Of a stretch of DNA of 64,000 bases, positions 1-18,969 are shown piece by piece. The DNA is from the human T2T-CHM13v2.0 reference genome, Homo sapiens. Position 1 is the first letter of the stretch. Each line of letters begins with the position of its first letter. The notes under the pieces were generated by a model, which did no database searches, was not told the origin of the DNA, and worked only from the letters and a program-made list of their open reading frames with translations. The stretch lies in assembly GCF_009914755.1 (NCBI RefSeq), contig NC_060947.1; one strand, 5' to 3'. The position numbers and the translations under genes were made by a program.

Positions 1-85
1 TCTGGGGTACATGTGCAGTATGTGCAGGCTTGTTACATAGGTAAATGTCTGCCATGGTGGTTTGCTGCACCTATCAACCCATCTA
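1..85 (-). mobile_element. L1PA-type 3' UTR fragment at the window edge
   Basis: ggggtacatgtgcag..ttgttacataggta..gccatggtggtttgctgcacctatcaacccatc is the reverse complement of the primate L1 3' terminus. Confidence 0.8.
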
Positions 86-136
86 CTTTAAGACTGTGTC
101 CTTTCATTTCCTTAAATCTGCAGTAAGGAAAGCATA

Positions 137-229
137 AGGAAGAAAAGAGAGAAGGAAGGAAGGAAGGAAAGGAGAAAAGGAGAGAAATGGGTGGCAGAGA
201 AGGAGGGAAAGAGAAAAAGCAAGCAAGCA
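137..229. repeat. Purine-rich low-complexity tract, (GAAG)n/(AAGC)n
   Basis: gaaggaaggaaggaaggaaaggagaaaagg..aagcaagcaagcaa read directly. Confidence 0.75.
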
Positions 230-1947
230 ATGCCTTAAGAATGCACATGAACTGCACATCAACGTTCAAACACTGCCAAAATATTGACTGCTGTAGTTTA
301 AAGAGGAAAATTACAGTCAGATACAAATTTCGTAGATCTAACTTGAGAACAAAAGGCAGTTAAAATTGTAGAGACACTCAAAAACAATACACTCTTTACC
401 ATTTGCATGCTTATAATCCTAGAAGTGTGATTTCAGTGATTTTCTTGTGCTTCTCAGCTAAAATATTTAGAAAAATAGAACATGAATGATACAAATATGG
501 ACTTTCCTTAGAACCTCATATTATATACAAATATATATTCTAAATGGCAGAACTGGAAATTGGCTCTTTGAACTCAAATCTGCTGATCAGCAGTTTCAGT
601 TGGCTGCATTTATTTTGTTTGAAACTACTGATGTTCTTACCATGGGGAATAAAATGGATTATATTAAGAGAAGGGGAAATGTGTACAAAACTTGATACAC
701 CTTTTCAAATGTGAAAGGAGCTCTTCAATTTCATCCAGGATAATAGCATTGGGGAAAAAAATCTCAAATGGACTGATGTGATTAGGAACAATTAAACCAA
801 ACAGTCATCTAGAATAAAATCCACTACAAAGAAAAAAAATCATCTGACTGAATTCAAAAAATATACTTTTGCTTTTGTTTTGCTTTGCTCTTTGTTTTAT
901 ATCTGCTCAAATCATTTTGTGTTTAACAAGTGTGAATAATGCTGAATGTTTAAAAAAGTTTACTGGAAGTTTTGAAGTATCTTTCTTTTACAAGAATAAG
1001 TAATCAACAAATCATAACAGTGCATAAGATTCTTTAAAGTGGTGGCCACAAAGCCTAATGCCTTAATTTTTTAAAAATAATGAAAAACATGTTATTAAGC
1101 CTAATTCTTTTTTCCTGATTTACAAAAATCATAGGAAAATACAGTTTTTGTCACACAAAAAGTTTGAGACTCTACAAAATGATTTCTCAAATTTTATCCA
1201 GCATTCCAAACACAAAGATGGTTCACTTAGAACATTTCTATAAAAAAATTGCTTCTAATAAAGCGAAGCCTATTTTTCCTCCTTTTTTTTTTTGGTATTG
1301 AAAAGCTATGCCCTAGGCTTATAATTGAAACTTTCATTTAATTAATATGTAACCTAAAAGGTTAGATATTAAAACTTAATGTTAAATTTCAACCTATTGA
1401 AAAATAGAAATAAAAGATGCCCCTTGTAAATACTATGAATTAATATTGTTCTGAGAATGTTAGCCAATTAAGTAAGATAAGGAGAAAAGAGAAAACATAT
1501 TAAAAGAAAGAGGCAAGTTTACTATTATTCATAGATAGTATGATTTCCTACATAGAAAATTCATAAGAATCAACTGGATGAAACTATTAAAATCAACATG
1601 AGAATTTAGAAAGTGATTTTACTCCAGTCACTTTCTATGTGTGTATATACATATATACACTGAATAAAAACATAATAAAAGGAAATATCCTATTGAAAAC
1701 AAGAAAAACAAAACGTAACATATTTAATATTGAAACTACTCAATATTAAAATGTCAGGGACAAAACATTCAATATTCTACTAACACATATAAAAGAATAT
1801 GCACACAAACTCAAAGATGAACTAATCTCCTTAATATATAAGGGACTCTCATAAATCAGTAAGGAAAAAAGAACAAGAGTTCAAAAATGGAAAAAAGACA
1901 TATAGAAAGATTAAAAGGGAGATATTCAATTACCAATAAACATTTGA

Positions 1948-3072
<1,125 letters not shown>

Positions 3073-3169
3073 TAATTCACTAGTGATTACAATAAAACAT
3101 ATCTTGATTATTAAATTACAAATAAAAATCATGTTAACATTCAGTGTGCTGAGGGTACACAGATGGTAG

Positions 3170-3696
3170 TGTAACCACCCAGCGGATTCTTCCTGCCCAC
3201 TGCACAAACAAAATCAGTTTGCAGAGACCATGGCATTGCAGTAAAGAAAGATTAATTGACATTAGGCCAACCAAGCCACATGGGAGACGAAGTTATAACT
3301 CAAATCAATCTCTCTGAGCATTTGGGGGCTAGGGTTTTCCAAGGGTAGTTTGGGGGAAGAGGTGGGGTGGTTAGGCAATGGGTGCATGCTGCCGATTGGT
3401 TGGGGATGCAGTCATAAGGGTGTTGAAATGGTCCTCCTGTGCTTCTGGGTGGGACCCCAGGAGTGGCTGGCTGGTCCAGCTGGAGCCATAGGTCCTTGGG
3501 TCCAGTGGTTGAGTTTTGGGGGAAAGGCTGTTATCATTGAAACTATAAATTAATTGTCTCCCAAAGTTAGCTTGACCTAGATTGAGCAGTAATTAAGGAC
3601 AGCTTGAAGGCCAAAGGCAAGAAGGAGTTGGCAAGATCAGGTCTCCTTCACCGCCATAATTTTCTCACTGATATAATTTTTACAAAGGTGGTTTCA
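3170..3696 (-). mobile_element. ERV1 solo LTR, LTR8A-like
   Basis: TG..CA termini; reverse strand begins tgaaaccacctttgtaaaaattatatcagtgagaaaattatgg; 4-bp TSD gtag/gtaa. Confidence 0.8.
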
Positions 3697-4829
3697 GTAA
3701 TACTATGACTGCAGCTTTCTGGAGGATATTTTGGCAATGAAAACCAAAATTCTTGAAATTCTCCATTCCCTTTTATTCTACCATTCCTCTTTTATGAGTT
3801 TCAAGGACATAACCTTATTTATTTGTAAATATATTTATTTACATATAGTTCTTCCCAACATTACTTGAAATTATGAAAAATTATAACCATATTTTATTGG
3901 CTAAATAAATTATTGATTTATTTGATAAATACTATGCAGACATTAAAAATTATAAAAGGTGTTCATTCAACTAAGTGTACAAGTATAAAAAATAATTCCA
4001 TTTTTATTCATGTGCACATTGCACTTTTTTCTTGTCTATTAAATAACGACATTGCACATAAATTTACATTTTCCCAATGCCTGAGTCAGTTTATGTTAAT
4101 CAATCCACTACTCATTATCATTAGTGATCATATATTAATTACTGTATTATTAATTCTTAATTTGTTAATTACCATACGTGTCTGTAATAAATGACATCTA
4201 GGTGACCTTAAAGGTTACTAACGCGCGTAAGTTTATATGACCTCTCAATGAGTGCCATCAGAGTGTTCTATCCCAACTTTCAAAGAATCCGAAACGAGGG
4301 CAACAGAGGCTTAGTCTGGAAGCTAGTATCCCAAGCCCAGAGGTGGGCATTACTTACCCAAGGGACACAGTGGCTGGAGCCTATGGTGAAAATTTTTAAA
4401 ATATCTTGGAAACAAGCTAAATCAATATGTCATGCAAAACCTCCAAATCCAAACAGAGAGAAATTCTGGGCGTAAAATCAAAACGAAGGAAACTGTGGGG
4501 TAAACATTCAATGTAAATGAAAACCAAGGCTACAGTGATTTCCTAAGCCAACCATTTGCAGCTGCAGTGGGGACTTTTTATGGTTTCTGTGGCTAAAGAT
4601 AGGATATAAATTATGACCTAAAGTGTTCAGCTCAGAGACAAACATATACTGCTCTGCTTTGTAAATTCTTAGATTTTGCCACTTTTTTTCTCTCTTCTAT
4701 TCCACTGTAACCTGTCACCTCTGCTGTCAGTGTGTCTTTCTTTTTTTTCTGAACACCCTTTCTAAATCGTGTATTATCTACCATGAACTAGAATGGCATG
4801 TAGCCAAGTATGCTTGAATGCTTTTTGTA

Positions 4830-5550
4830 TAAAAACAAAGTGATGATAAAAATGACAGAGTTAGAAAATCACCACTTTGTAACCATCATATTAATAATTT
4901 ATTTTAAGAATCATCAATGGGCACTAAAATTATTGGGTGATATATGAGGAACAATATACTATATTTACTGCATTTCTCCACAAATTATGTATTGACTACA
5001 GAGAGAAATGGTAACTTTACAGTGGAGAAAATTTGCAGACATTATCTTAAAAACTGATCAAAATTAATATCACTGATAATCAGACACATTAAAGTACTCA
5101 TCTCCTCTTCAATATTCCTGCAAAAAACACACAACCTAAATATAATCATGAGGAAACCTCAGACAAATACAAATTGATGGACATTCTACAAAATACATGG
5201 ACTACAATTCTCAATAATATCAATATCATAAAAGAAAAAGATTGGCTGAAATAACATTCTAATTAAAGGAGACTAAAGTCACATGCCAACTGAATGCTAT
5301 GTGTGATCCTGCATCGCTAGAAAAAATATTACTGGGACATTATTGGGATAATCGGAAAAAAGTGAATATATACTATATGCTAGATAATAGGATTGTGCCT
5401 ATTATTTGAGAATAATAATGATAAAGGACATGTGGCAAAATGTTAACTTGTGAATATGCATAAAGGATAATGGAAGTTCTCTATATTACTACTACAATGT
5501 TTCTGTAAGTTTGAAGTTATTTAAATTAAAGTTAAAAATAATGGTTAAAG
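4830..5550 (+). mobile_element. Old L1MC-type 3' UTR fragment
   Basis: gtaactttacagtggagaaa..aatcatgaggaaacctcagacaaatacaaattgatggacattctacaaaa, typical of L1MC4/5 3' ends. Confidence 0.7.
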
Positions 5551-5552
5551 TT

Positions 5553-5796
5553 AACTTATAAATAGGAGCTAAACATTGAGCACACATAGACATAAACATG
5601 GGAATAGATACTGAGGACTACTAGAGCAGGGAGGGAAGGAGAGAGGCATGGGTTGAAACGCTACCTATTGGGTACTATACTCACTACCTGACTGACAGGA
5701 TTTGTACTCCAAACTCCAGCATGATGCAATATACCCATGTAACAAACCTGCATATGTATCCCCTGTATCTAAAATAAAAGTTGAACTTAAAAAAAA
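5553..5796 (+). mobile_element. L1PA15/16- or L1PB-type 3' end with A-tail
   Basis: gagctaaacattgag..acctattgggtactat..aatatacccatgtaacaaacctgcatatgtatcccctgtatctaaaataaaagttgaa. Confidence 0.8.
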
Positions 5797-5848
5797 TGGC
5801 GATGATAGAGTACCTACTTTTATTTTCCTCTAAATAAAGTACATGGGC

Positions 5849-6257
<409 letters not shown>

Positions 6258-6309
6258 TTACTATTGTGCACTGGCTTGAATGCATTTATTTTACTAATAT
6301 TAAATTACC

Positions 6310-7212
6310 TTTTATTTGTAATATTTATGGGGTACAAGTATAACTTTGTTACATGCATAGATTGTGTAGTGATGAAGTCATGCCTTTTAGGGCATCCGTC
6401 ATGCAATTAATCTACATTGTACTGTTGAGGGGCCATAGGCTCTTGACCCCTCAAAAGTTTGCTGAAATATTACTGACATAAGGCAGATTGATTAATAGGA
6501 GAAAAGACATACAAATTAATTTGACGTGTATATATAGGAGCCTTCATAATGAAGACCCATCCAACAGTAAGATACAGAAGCTCATATACTATTCTGAGGC
6601 CATAGTAAAGAATGCAGACTCAGAGCATGCTCAAAAATTGGTTATGTTGATAAGTCAGGTTTAGTAGCAACACCACTTGTGAGAGAGAGGAAAGAAGGAG
6701 CTTGACTACCAAAAGTTGGCCTTGTTATGTAGATGAAGTCTCCCTCAGAGAGAATAGATGGTAAATGTTTATTTCCAGGCTTTTAAAGGTGACAGATTCT
6801 CAATTTCTCCTGGATCCCAGAAAAGTATAGAAAGTAGGGGTGAGCGCCGCTGCATTATTGAAGGTTCTCTAGTGATGCAATTCTTTCTCCACAAAAGACA
6901 ACTTAGCAAGTGCACTTCTTTTGCTGGCTCTGTGGCAGCCATTTCAAAATATGCCAAAAATATATATTTGGGGGTAAAATATTCTATTTTCCTTTGGTAC
7001 TCATTGAGTAATTTCTCATCATCCACCACACTCCCACCTCCTCAACCTTCCAAGGTTCTACTGTCTATCATTCTATTCTCTGTGTTCAGGTGTACACATT
7101 ATTTAGCTCCTATTTACAAGTGAGAACATGTTGTTATTTGTCTTTCTGTGTCTGACTTGTTTCACTTAAGATAATGGCTTCCGGTTCCATCTATGTTGCT
7201 GCAAAGGACAAG
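6310..7212 (-). mobile_element. L1PB/L1MA-type 3' end split by an ERV1 LTR
   Basis: tttatggggtacaag..ttacatgcatag before the LTR; aagtgagaacatg..gtttcacttaagataatggcttcc..gttgctgcaaaggaca after it. Confidence 0.75.
6423..6996 (-). mobile_element. ERV1 (MER4-group) solo LTR
   Basis: Perfect 4-bp TSD gtac (6419-6422, 6997-7000); reverse strand starts aaaggaaaatagaatattttacccccaaatatatatttttggcatattttgaaatggctgcc. Confidence 0.75.
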
Positions 7213-8043
7213 TTTTTTTATATATCTTCCTAGGCATAATTCTATATCTTTGCACCATTCGTGATTATGTCCCAGTAATGTACTAAACATTACCTGAAAG
7301 AAGGAGAAAATCTGTAGACTATATAGAAACTCAGCAAAATATCTTAACTTTGGACTTCACGTACATAAGTTTATCTATTTTGTACTGAATTATAGGATTC
7401 AGTCACAATAAAATAATTGATACTGTTATACGTATGTGGCCATAGTAGTTGCATTGTCTAGTGGTAGGAAGGTAGCAAGATTACAAAATTCAGTATTATA
7501 ATAAAGAATAACCATGAAAATTATTTATCTAAAATTAAAAGGAAGAAATTATCAGCACTTTTACTGACAACTTAGAGCTACCAACAGTTCTAGAAATAGC
7601 CGATTCTATTCAAGCTAAATAAGAAGTGGCTACAGTGCTCTCCATCTCCACTATTGAACAACATCTTTCCAGTGAGGAGAGACAACTACCAATCCATTTT
7701 TGTTATGATTCAGACAGAAAATATGAAACATACCTAGACTAGAGAAAATGTGGCTCATATGGATCTGCTATTACTAGACAGAATCATCCAGTTTGAATAA
7801 AAGCCTAACTAAAATTCTGGAGATTTAAATTATCCGCTTGATTTTATGTGATAGGAAAGATCTACCATCTAAATGGAAACAATTTTATTACTTTATTTCT
7901 GACACTTCCTGTTTTGTTCACACCAATTAATATCTATATGTAAATATCTATTTTAATTGTGCAGTGAACATTACAATTTCACTTTTGCTGACCAGCCCAC
8001 AAACTTAACCATTATCTCTTTCAAATATAATTTTCACAGAACT

Positions 8044-8146
8044 TAGTCATCTGTATTCATAATAATAATGATCATGAAAATATATAGTCATCTATATTCA
8101 TAATAATAATGATCATGTAATATATTCATTATAATAATGATCATGT
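8044..8146. repeat. Short tandem duplication (~41-bp unit, two copies plus a partial)
   Basis: tagtcatct(g/a)tattcataataataatgatcatg repeated; third partial copy tatattcattataataatgatcatg. Confidence 0.8.
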
Positions 8147-8169
8147 TAATTGAGCACTTACTACTACTA

Positions 8170-8382
8170 CTAATAATAAACATTTATATAACACTTATGT
8201 GCTTGGAATAGTTAAAAGTATTTTACATGTAATTAATTTAATCCTTCTAATGACCCTCTGAGATAAACGATATTATTAGCTCTATTTTTAAAAATACTTG
8301 CCCAAATTAATATACCTAGTAAGTGGTAGATCTGAAATTTGAAACCAAGCAGCCTGGTTCTAGAGTTCATTCTTTTAACCAC
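8170..8382 (-). mobile_element. MIR SINE
   Basis: acttgcccaaattaatatacctagtaagtggtagatctgaaatttgaaaccaagcagcctggttctagag..ttaaccac, MIR core on the reverse strand. Confidence 0.7.
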
Positions 8383-8593
8383 ACAAAAATGTCCTCAATT
8401 GGTATGTTTATACACTATGCTAAGCACTCTACACACTTCTCTATTCAGTTGTTTATATGGATTAAGATTATTTTGGCTGCAAGTAGTAAAGAATATTATT
8501 TAAATTCACTTAACCAATAAGGACACAAGTGAATTCATATAACAGTTCAGAAATAAGACAAGTTTAGAGTAGTTGATTCAGACTTTTACTGAC

Positions 8594-9481
8594 TTGAATG
8601 AATTGATGTGTGTCTGATAGAGGCAGGAAGCAGACAAATGCCTATCTAGGGAAGGGTCCCCAGTGAAATCTCACCTTCAAGCCTAAAACAGCCTGAAGGC
8701 TGAAAGACCGGACTGCTGGTACGGATGAAACACAAGACCCAGAAAGTGAACTTCTGCCCCTGTTTGCCCTCCCTTTCCTGATTGATTCTTTCTGAATAAT
8801 GCTTTTAACCAATTGAATGTTGCCCTTTCTGATAGTACCTATAGCTTGCCTGGGCATGCCCGTGTGCCCACTGCAGGAATGGGGTTCAGCCAGCAAGAAT
8901 TCATGCCTTATGCAGGGGAGGGGCCTGGCCTCTTCAGCTCATGTGGAGTGGCCCTGGTATTCAATTTTTGAGGGGAAAAGCTGCTTACAGGACCCCTCTC
9001 CTTGCTGAGAGCTTTCCTTTTGCTTAGTGAATTCCATCCTCCTAACCCTTCAATGTGTCCGTGTGCCTAATTCTCCCTGGCTGTGAGACAAGAACCCAGA
9101 TTAGCTCAGCTAAAGAGCAAAAAATTCCTGCATATGTCCCCGCAAAATTCCTATGTTGAAAACCTAACCCCCAAAGTGATGGGATTAGGAGGTGGAGCCT
9201 TTAAGATGTGATTAGGTCATGAGGGTGGAGATCTCATGAATGGAGATTAGTGCTCTTATGAAAGAGACCCCAGAGAGCTAGCTCGCCCTTTCCACCATGT
9301 GAAGACACAGGAGAAGATGCCGTCTATGAACCAGAAAGCAGACCCTCACCAGATACCAAATCACCTGGCATCTTGATCTTGGAGCATCCCAGCCTCTAAA
9401 ACTCTGAAAAACAAATTTCTATTGTTTATAAACTGTCCAGTTTATGATATTTTTCTGGAGCAACCCAAATAGACTCAGACA
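8594..9481 (+). mobile_element. MaLR LTR, MLT1A0-like, interrupted by a MER50-like LTR
   Basis: aaaattcctatgttgaaaacctaaccccc..gattaggtcatgagggtggag..cagactcagaca; 5-bp TSD ctgac (8589-8593, 9482-9486). Confidence 0.85.
8615..9134 (+). mobile_element. ERV1 solo LTR, MER50-like
   Basis: Starts tgatagaggcaggaagcagacaaatgcc..aaaacagcctgaaggctgaaagaccggactgc; 4-bp TSD tgtc (8611-8614, 9135-9138). Confidence 0.8.
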
Positions 9482-9770
9482 CTGACATCGACTAGAAACC
9501 AGATCTTTCCATTGTTCTATTATTGCCCAATATGTCAGCATCAACCTATAGCTAGTTCTTTTGGGTTATATGAAGGCTTCTAATGGCAACTTAGATTTCA
9601 TGCTTCTACATTCATGTCTGTGTCACTTTGGATCCTCTGAAAAGCAGAAAGCAAGATCTAATTTTACATGCCAGAGATGCATTTGGAGGAATGTCTGTGA
9701 AGGAAAAAGCCGAAACAGGAAGACTCAGCAGGAAGATCCTTCCCCATGATGCAAGTCTGACACCTATTTC

Positions 9771-9965
9771 TGTCTTGGTCTGTTGTATGCTGTTATAACA
9801 AAATATTGCAGACTAGGTAATTTATAAAGAACAGAAATTTATTTTTTGAAGACTGGGAAGTCAGAGATCAAGGCACCAACAGGATTGGCTGCCTGGTGAG
9901 GGCCGCATCTTCCAGAAGGAAGGAATGCAGTGTCCCCATGTGGCAGAAGGCAGAAGCACAAGCCT
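9771..9965 (-). mobile_element. MaLR LTR fragment (MST/MLT1A-like)
   Basis: tgtcttggtctgttgtatgctgttataacaaaata..ggtaatttataaagaacagaaattta..gggaagtcagagatcaaggcacc. Confidence 0.7.
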
Positions 9966-12900
9966 GTCTTTCTGTGGTACATATTAAGCTCCACCCATTT
10001 CTGTCATGATAGGAGCTATGCACAAACCACTACAATTATATAGGATACTATAATGCCTAAGACAGTGCCTCATAATAAATCTGGCAATTTTCAAATGAAT
10101 ATCACTGAGGTGTTCTTTTCATGAAAATCAACTTGACCACACAGTTTGTTGGGTTTGTAATCTTTACTAGTGCTTACATGAGGTATTCTAGATCAAAGAC
10201 AAATTTCTAATTAATCACCTTTCTTTAAATAATAAGCACATTCCTCCTTGTGGTTATCCCCAACCTCATCCTTGAGGTAATACAATGAGAGCTATGCCAA
10301 ATTCCCTGCTCAAGTAATGGGCATTTCATGAATGAATGTTGTAGAACAATGAATTTTCTCCCATTATGTACAGAAGAAAGATGCCAATGGCAGGGGAAAA
10401 AACTTTTGCTTCTTTGAGATGGAATGGAAATGATCCTAGATTATCATCCTAACCTTTTGAAATGTAAGTATGTCTCTCTAAGAGTTAGATTAACTCAGAT
10501 GTCTCCAGCTTCTAAGCTCTAAAGATGTCTCCAAGGTCTGGTAAGTGCCTAGGGAGATAAAGCTCCAGGCTTCCTGGCACCTTGGATCTTAACCTATGGA
10601 CTTAGTTTGAGTGGTAACTATTTGTCCCTCTTGGGTCACAGCAATTAACTAGAAAAGTGGTGACAGATTGAATTTTCATTGTATGTAAATAGTAAAATGT
10701 TCCTAGCGGAAATGAAAGCAAATATCCCCTATATTTAGATTGTATACATGTCTTTATCCTAGAAGGCTAGAGATTTTTGCAGGAAAAATCTACAGAAGTT
10801 TTATTTCCCCACAAGTCGTTCATTTAAAATACAAATTAACCCGCCTACCCATTCTGTTCCTAAAGGGCATGACTCTCCGGAATGCATTATTGTACAGTAG
10901 TTCTATTTGTGTTAATAGCAAAATGAGGTGACTTACAAAATTTGCATCAATAATTCAAGGAATAATTTGTAGTGTTTCTCTTTCTACAGACAGAAATGAG
11001 GTGATATACACACAAACATATAAATGTACAAGCCACATCAGTTTCATTAATTTAGTCCCTTGTTATTCACTGGAGAAGGAGTGCTTAAATCCTATAGGCC
11101 ACTGCTATTACTGGAGCCATTACAACAACTGTCTTGTTCATTTTCAGTGCCTGGAAAGATAGACTTTTATTCCAATGATTTTTTGTCAGAGAGAGTGATG
11201 GGTTAGCAAAATAAGAGTCATGTTGCTTGAATTAACTACATAAGTGGCCAGGGACTTCGGAGTACCTTCAAGCCTTTTATAATAATAACACACTTTCATC
11301 CTAGTTGCTCGTGAATGAATGCACTCCATTATTTCATTTAACTCACTACATATCAATAAAGTACAGTAATCAAAACAATAGTTACCACAGCATGCAGCTC
11401 TTTGTGGACAGCAGATGGCACTATAAGAAACCCAAAAGTAGCATGCCCAAGAACTAGGAATGCTCCCTCTCAGACTATTTCCCCAAGCTCCTCAAAATGT
11501 TTAAGAGGTGATGTTGATCTAGTCTTTTCACATTCACTTCAACAGACTACGATTCTATTTCCATACCTTTGTTTCACCTGGACACAGGGAATCTGCATCC
11601 ACCTTCCTCATTCATTTTTATTCCTTTGATTCCGATTGTCCATAAAATCTTTTCAATTGAATTATTTTCTATGACTGAAAATTAGACTCATCAGAATGTT
11701 TCCAGAACATCCCCAAATTCCTCATCACTGTCAGCATTATTACTGATACTGCCTAGTGGTCTGGGAATCATTTTTGAAACCCCTATATTACCTCTATGAA
11801 TTTCCTAGACCTACCACTGGTTTTACATTTTCACAGACAAGGCTCTAATCTAAACCCTAATCCATCCACCCTAAGGCAAATGCAATATCCTCCTTTATTC
11901 TAGTTTCTCCTCATCAGCCTGCTCTACCCATATTTCTCTAGTCCTTTTGTTAGTGTCTTGAATTTTCTCTTATATCCTCCAAATATAAGACAGTATTGCC
12001 CAAATAGCAGGAAGTATATATTATCATTAAATAGACATCTTTCATTCTTCTTCCTTTCAGAGGTCCTGATGCTGGACAAACATAGAAGTATTTGTACAAC
12101 TCAAGAAAAATTTCACAGCTGAATGTGTTCCTGTGATTGCCTTTCTGAGAATCATTCTATTATTTTCCAAAATGTGTGAATTCTCTTGTTCCACGATCCC
12201 AGGCAACCAAAGATAACATGAGGAAATCAGCATAATAAGAGTTCTATCCAAACATATCTATCAGTGGAGAAATGGGAAAGGTGTAGAACCCAATGCTTTT
12301 ACTAATCTGCATCATGTTTCACAGTAACAAAGAAGCAATGAGACTGGCTGTTGAATCACTGCATGGTAGATATGCAAATTTAATTTTAAAACCTCATACT
12401 CATTCAAGAGACCTTGTTAATGGAATGTTGAAAATTAGCCTCCCATCGAATACAACATAAAATGACTGCTATGGATTTTACCAAAATTAAAATCAGAGCA
12501 TTTCACAGCCAAGATTGAAACCTGCCATGTGTGCTTTAATAAGAACAAGGCAAATTAAAATATTAATTCAAGTGGATGCTCATTGTATTCAGGCATCATG
12601 AGACTGCTGATGGTTTTGCTTACAACTTAACAATACATTTCTTCATGTGACTTAAAAATAATTGAGACCTTTCCTTGTGTACTGCCCAGTAGCTTTTTCC
12701 AAGTTGCTATGAATTCTTAAAGGCTTCTTGTTCCTTAAAGGAAGAATCTATTTCTAAAATTTCAGCATACTATTTTTTTCTAACACTGAAAGTCAGTCTT
12801 CACAAAGCACAGAACTATTAAAGACATTTTATAAAGAGGCTAATGAAAAGAGAAGTTTTCTTTATTTCCAAAGGTAATTGGTAGACCATGATCTGTTGTG

Positions 12901-13989
12901 CTAATAACATACACTGAGCGTTAATGAAGGCACATATTAGGGCTTTCATTTTTGTGACATGTTAAAGGATTGGTAAGACTTTGTTAATTTTAGCTTTGAG
13001 ATAAAAGACTGGCATTGATTTGGCAGGCATTAATTTGTTGCTTCATAGAGATTCCAAAGTTGATGTACTGATGTCAGGAGCTCTTTTTAAGATTTGCAAA
13101 GTATTATTAAAGCACTTGATCTATTCTCATCACAGAAAGGGCTTCATGTAACTTACTCGTTCCTCTGGGCAATAGACATAGCTCAAATTATAAATGAAAA
13201 CTTATAGTTTTGAGTCTGACTTATTTTCTGTCATGACCAGTATTTTCCAGTTATCATGCAAAAATGTCTACAGGATCAATGATCCCCTTGAAAAAAAATG
13301 TTACCTCATCAGATGTCATGGATAGTGATAGAATGAGATTCTGTGAATTCCAGCCCCTAAATGTGTGATAGCAGTTTCAAAACAAACTTCCTATGGAATG
13401 CTCTGCCATAATGGGTTAGAAAACATGAGCCTATATCTTCTAACAAGAAAGTATATTCATTCTTTGACATCTGAACTATATCATAACATACTCAAAGCAT
13501 GCACATTACCCAATCAACTTTGTATTTTATTTTTTAAGTATCTACCACATGCCCAGCATACTTTCTTTTGACTTTTAGGTAACAAATTACCTCCTTTAGA
13601 CAGGATGTTCTTCTTACTCTTTTGTACACTCTCAAAGCAAACTGCGGTATAACAAATATTAACAAATGATGGGCATATGCATCACTGAAGATGACCAGAG
13701 AAATGTTAACATCCTGACAATGTCACATTTACTTGGCCATAAAATAATAACTAAAGTTAGGCAGTGTGATAGACTCATAGAGTCATGACACTGAAAAGAA
13801 TAAATGCTCATCAAGTCTTTTTCACAGACCATAAGCTGAAACAAATGTAAAATTCCTAATGTATCGATGCTGACTCCTTCCTTTCCCCCTTAACAACCCT
13901 TCTCCTCCTGCCTCCTAATTATGAACAGCAAGAGATATCTCTTTAGTCTTCCACTTTCTTTACACATCTACACCTTTTACAATTCACCT

Positions 13990-18056
<4,067 letters not shown>

Positions 18057-18141
18057 AAAGTTAAAAAATACTTAGCTTATTGTCATTTAAGCATTTGTCA
18101 CTTAAACATTAAAGTTGGGATTAGGTAAAGATGAGCTAGGG

Positions 18142-18545
18142 CAGTGGTTCTCAAATTTGAGCACTTCTCATGAATAGTATTGACCATATAATTTGCGAGA
18201 CCCAAGGCAAAATGAAAATGTAGGACCCCCTGTTAAAATATTATGTCAAAAACACTTATTAAAAATTATTATGAATTTCAAGAGAGCAGCAGCACAGCAT
18301 TAAACCAAGCTCAGGGCCCTTCTGATTATGGGGCCTCATGTGACTGTATAGGTTGCAGGCCATGAAACTGGCTATGTATGTAAGACTAATCTAGTTAGCT
18401 TGTTTTCAACATGAATTATTCATAGCACCCCTTAGAGATTCAGATTCAGCAAGTCTGAGTAGGACCTGAGAATCTTCATTTTAACATGTACCCTAGGAGA
18501 TTTGGAAGTTGTCATCAGCAGACTACACTTCAAGAAACACTAACC
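18142..18545. mobile_element. MER5-type hAT-Charlie fossil containing a MER45A-like element
   Basis: cagtggttctcaaatttgagc at the left end; cagagattcagattcagcaagtctgagtaggacctgagaatc..cacttcaagaaacact at the right end. Confidence 0.7.
18175..18376 (-). mobile_element. MER45A-like hAT-Tip100 element
   Basis: ataatttgcgagacccaaggcaaaatgaaaatgtaggaccc..gcattaaaccaagctcagggcccttctg..catgaaactggc matches reverse MER45A. Confidence 0.75.
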
Positions 18546-18969
18546 TAAGGAATTATCACATAGGATTAAAGTTGCTCTGCAGAGAAGGGTCCACAGTTCA
18601 AGTTATAATGTCAAAAAGTATATGCCTAATTTTGCCTAATCTGGTGGAGGGAGCATAGTGATCTGGGATAATAATGTGACTCTAAAACAGGGCTGAATCA
18701 AGCAGAAGCCAAGTTAATCATCTAAAGGATTAAATCCCTCTTATAGTCTTAAGTCTCAAGGGCTGCTACTACCAGTGCTCCATTCTGATATTAATAACTT
18801 ATGACCCATTACTTCCCAGCAAGAATCCTTTCCTCCATAGGTGGTTGAATATTCAGGTTTACTGTATGTCAGCAGTGCTTATGCTGCCTTGCCTTCCAAG
18901 TATCTACTCCTTTTGCTCTACTATTTAAGACCCAATTCAGACTTCACCTCATATACATAACTTTCCAAA

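Larger units (their letters stand above)
8445..9615 (-). mobile_element. Ancient ERVL LTR (LTR33-like), outer layer of a three-level LTR nest
   Basis: ttttggctgcaagtagtaaagaa..cttaaccaataagg upstream; continues after 9486 (ccagatctttcc..gtcagcatcaacc..). Confidence 0.5.

Noticed and set aside
13306-13357. Possible 52-bp minus-strand exon (tag|gggctggaattc..gatgag|gtaac)
   Set aside because: Weak polypyrimidine tract, peptide not recognised and no partner exons; cannot be supported without RNA data
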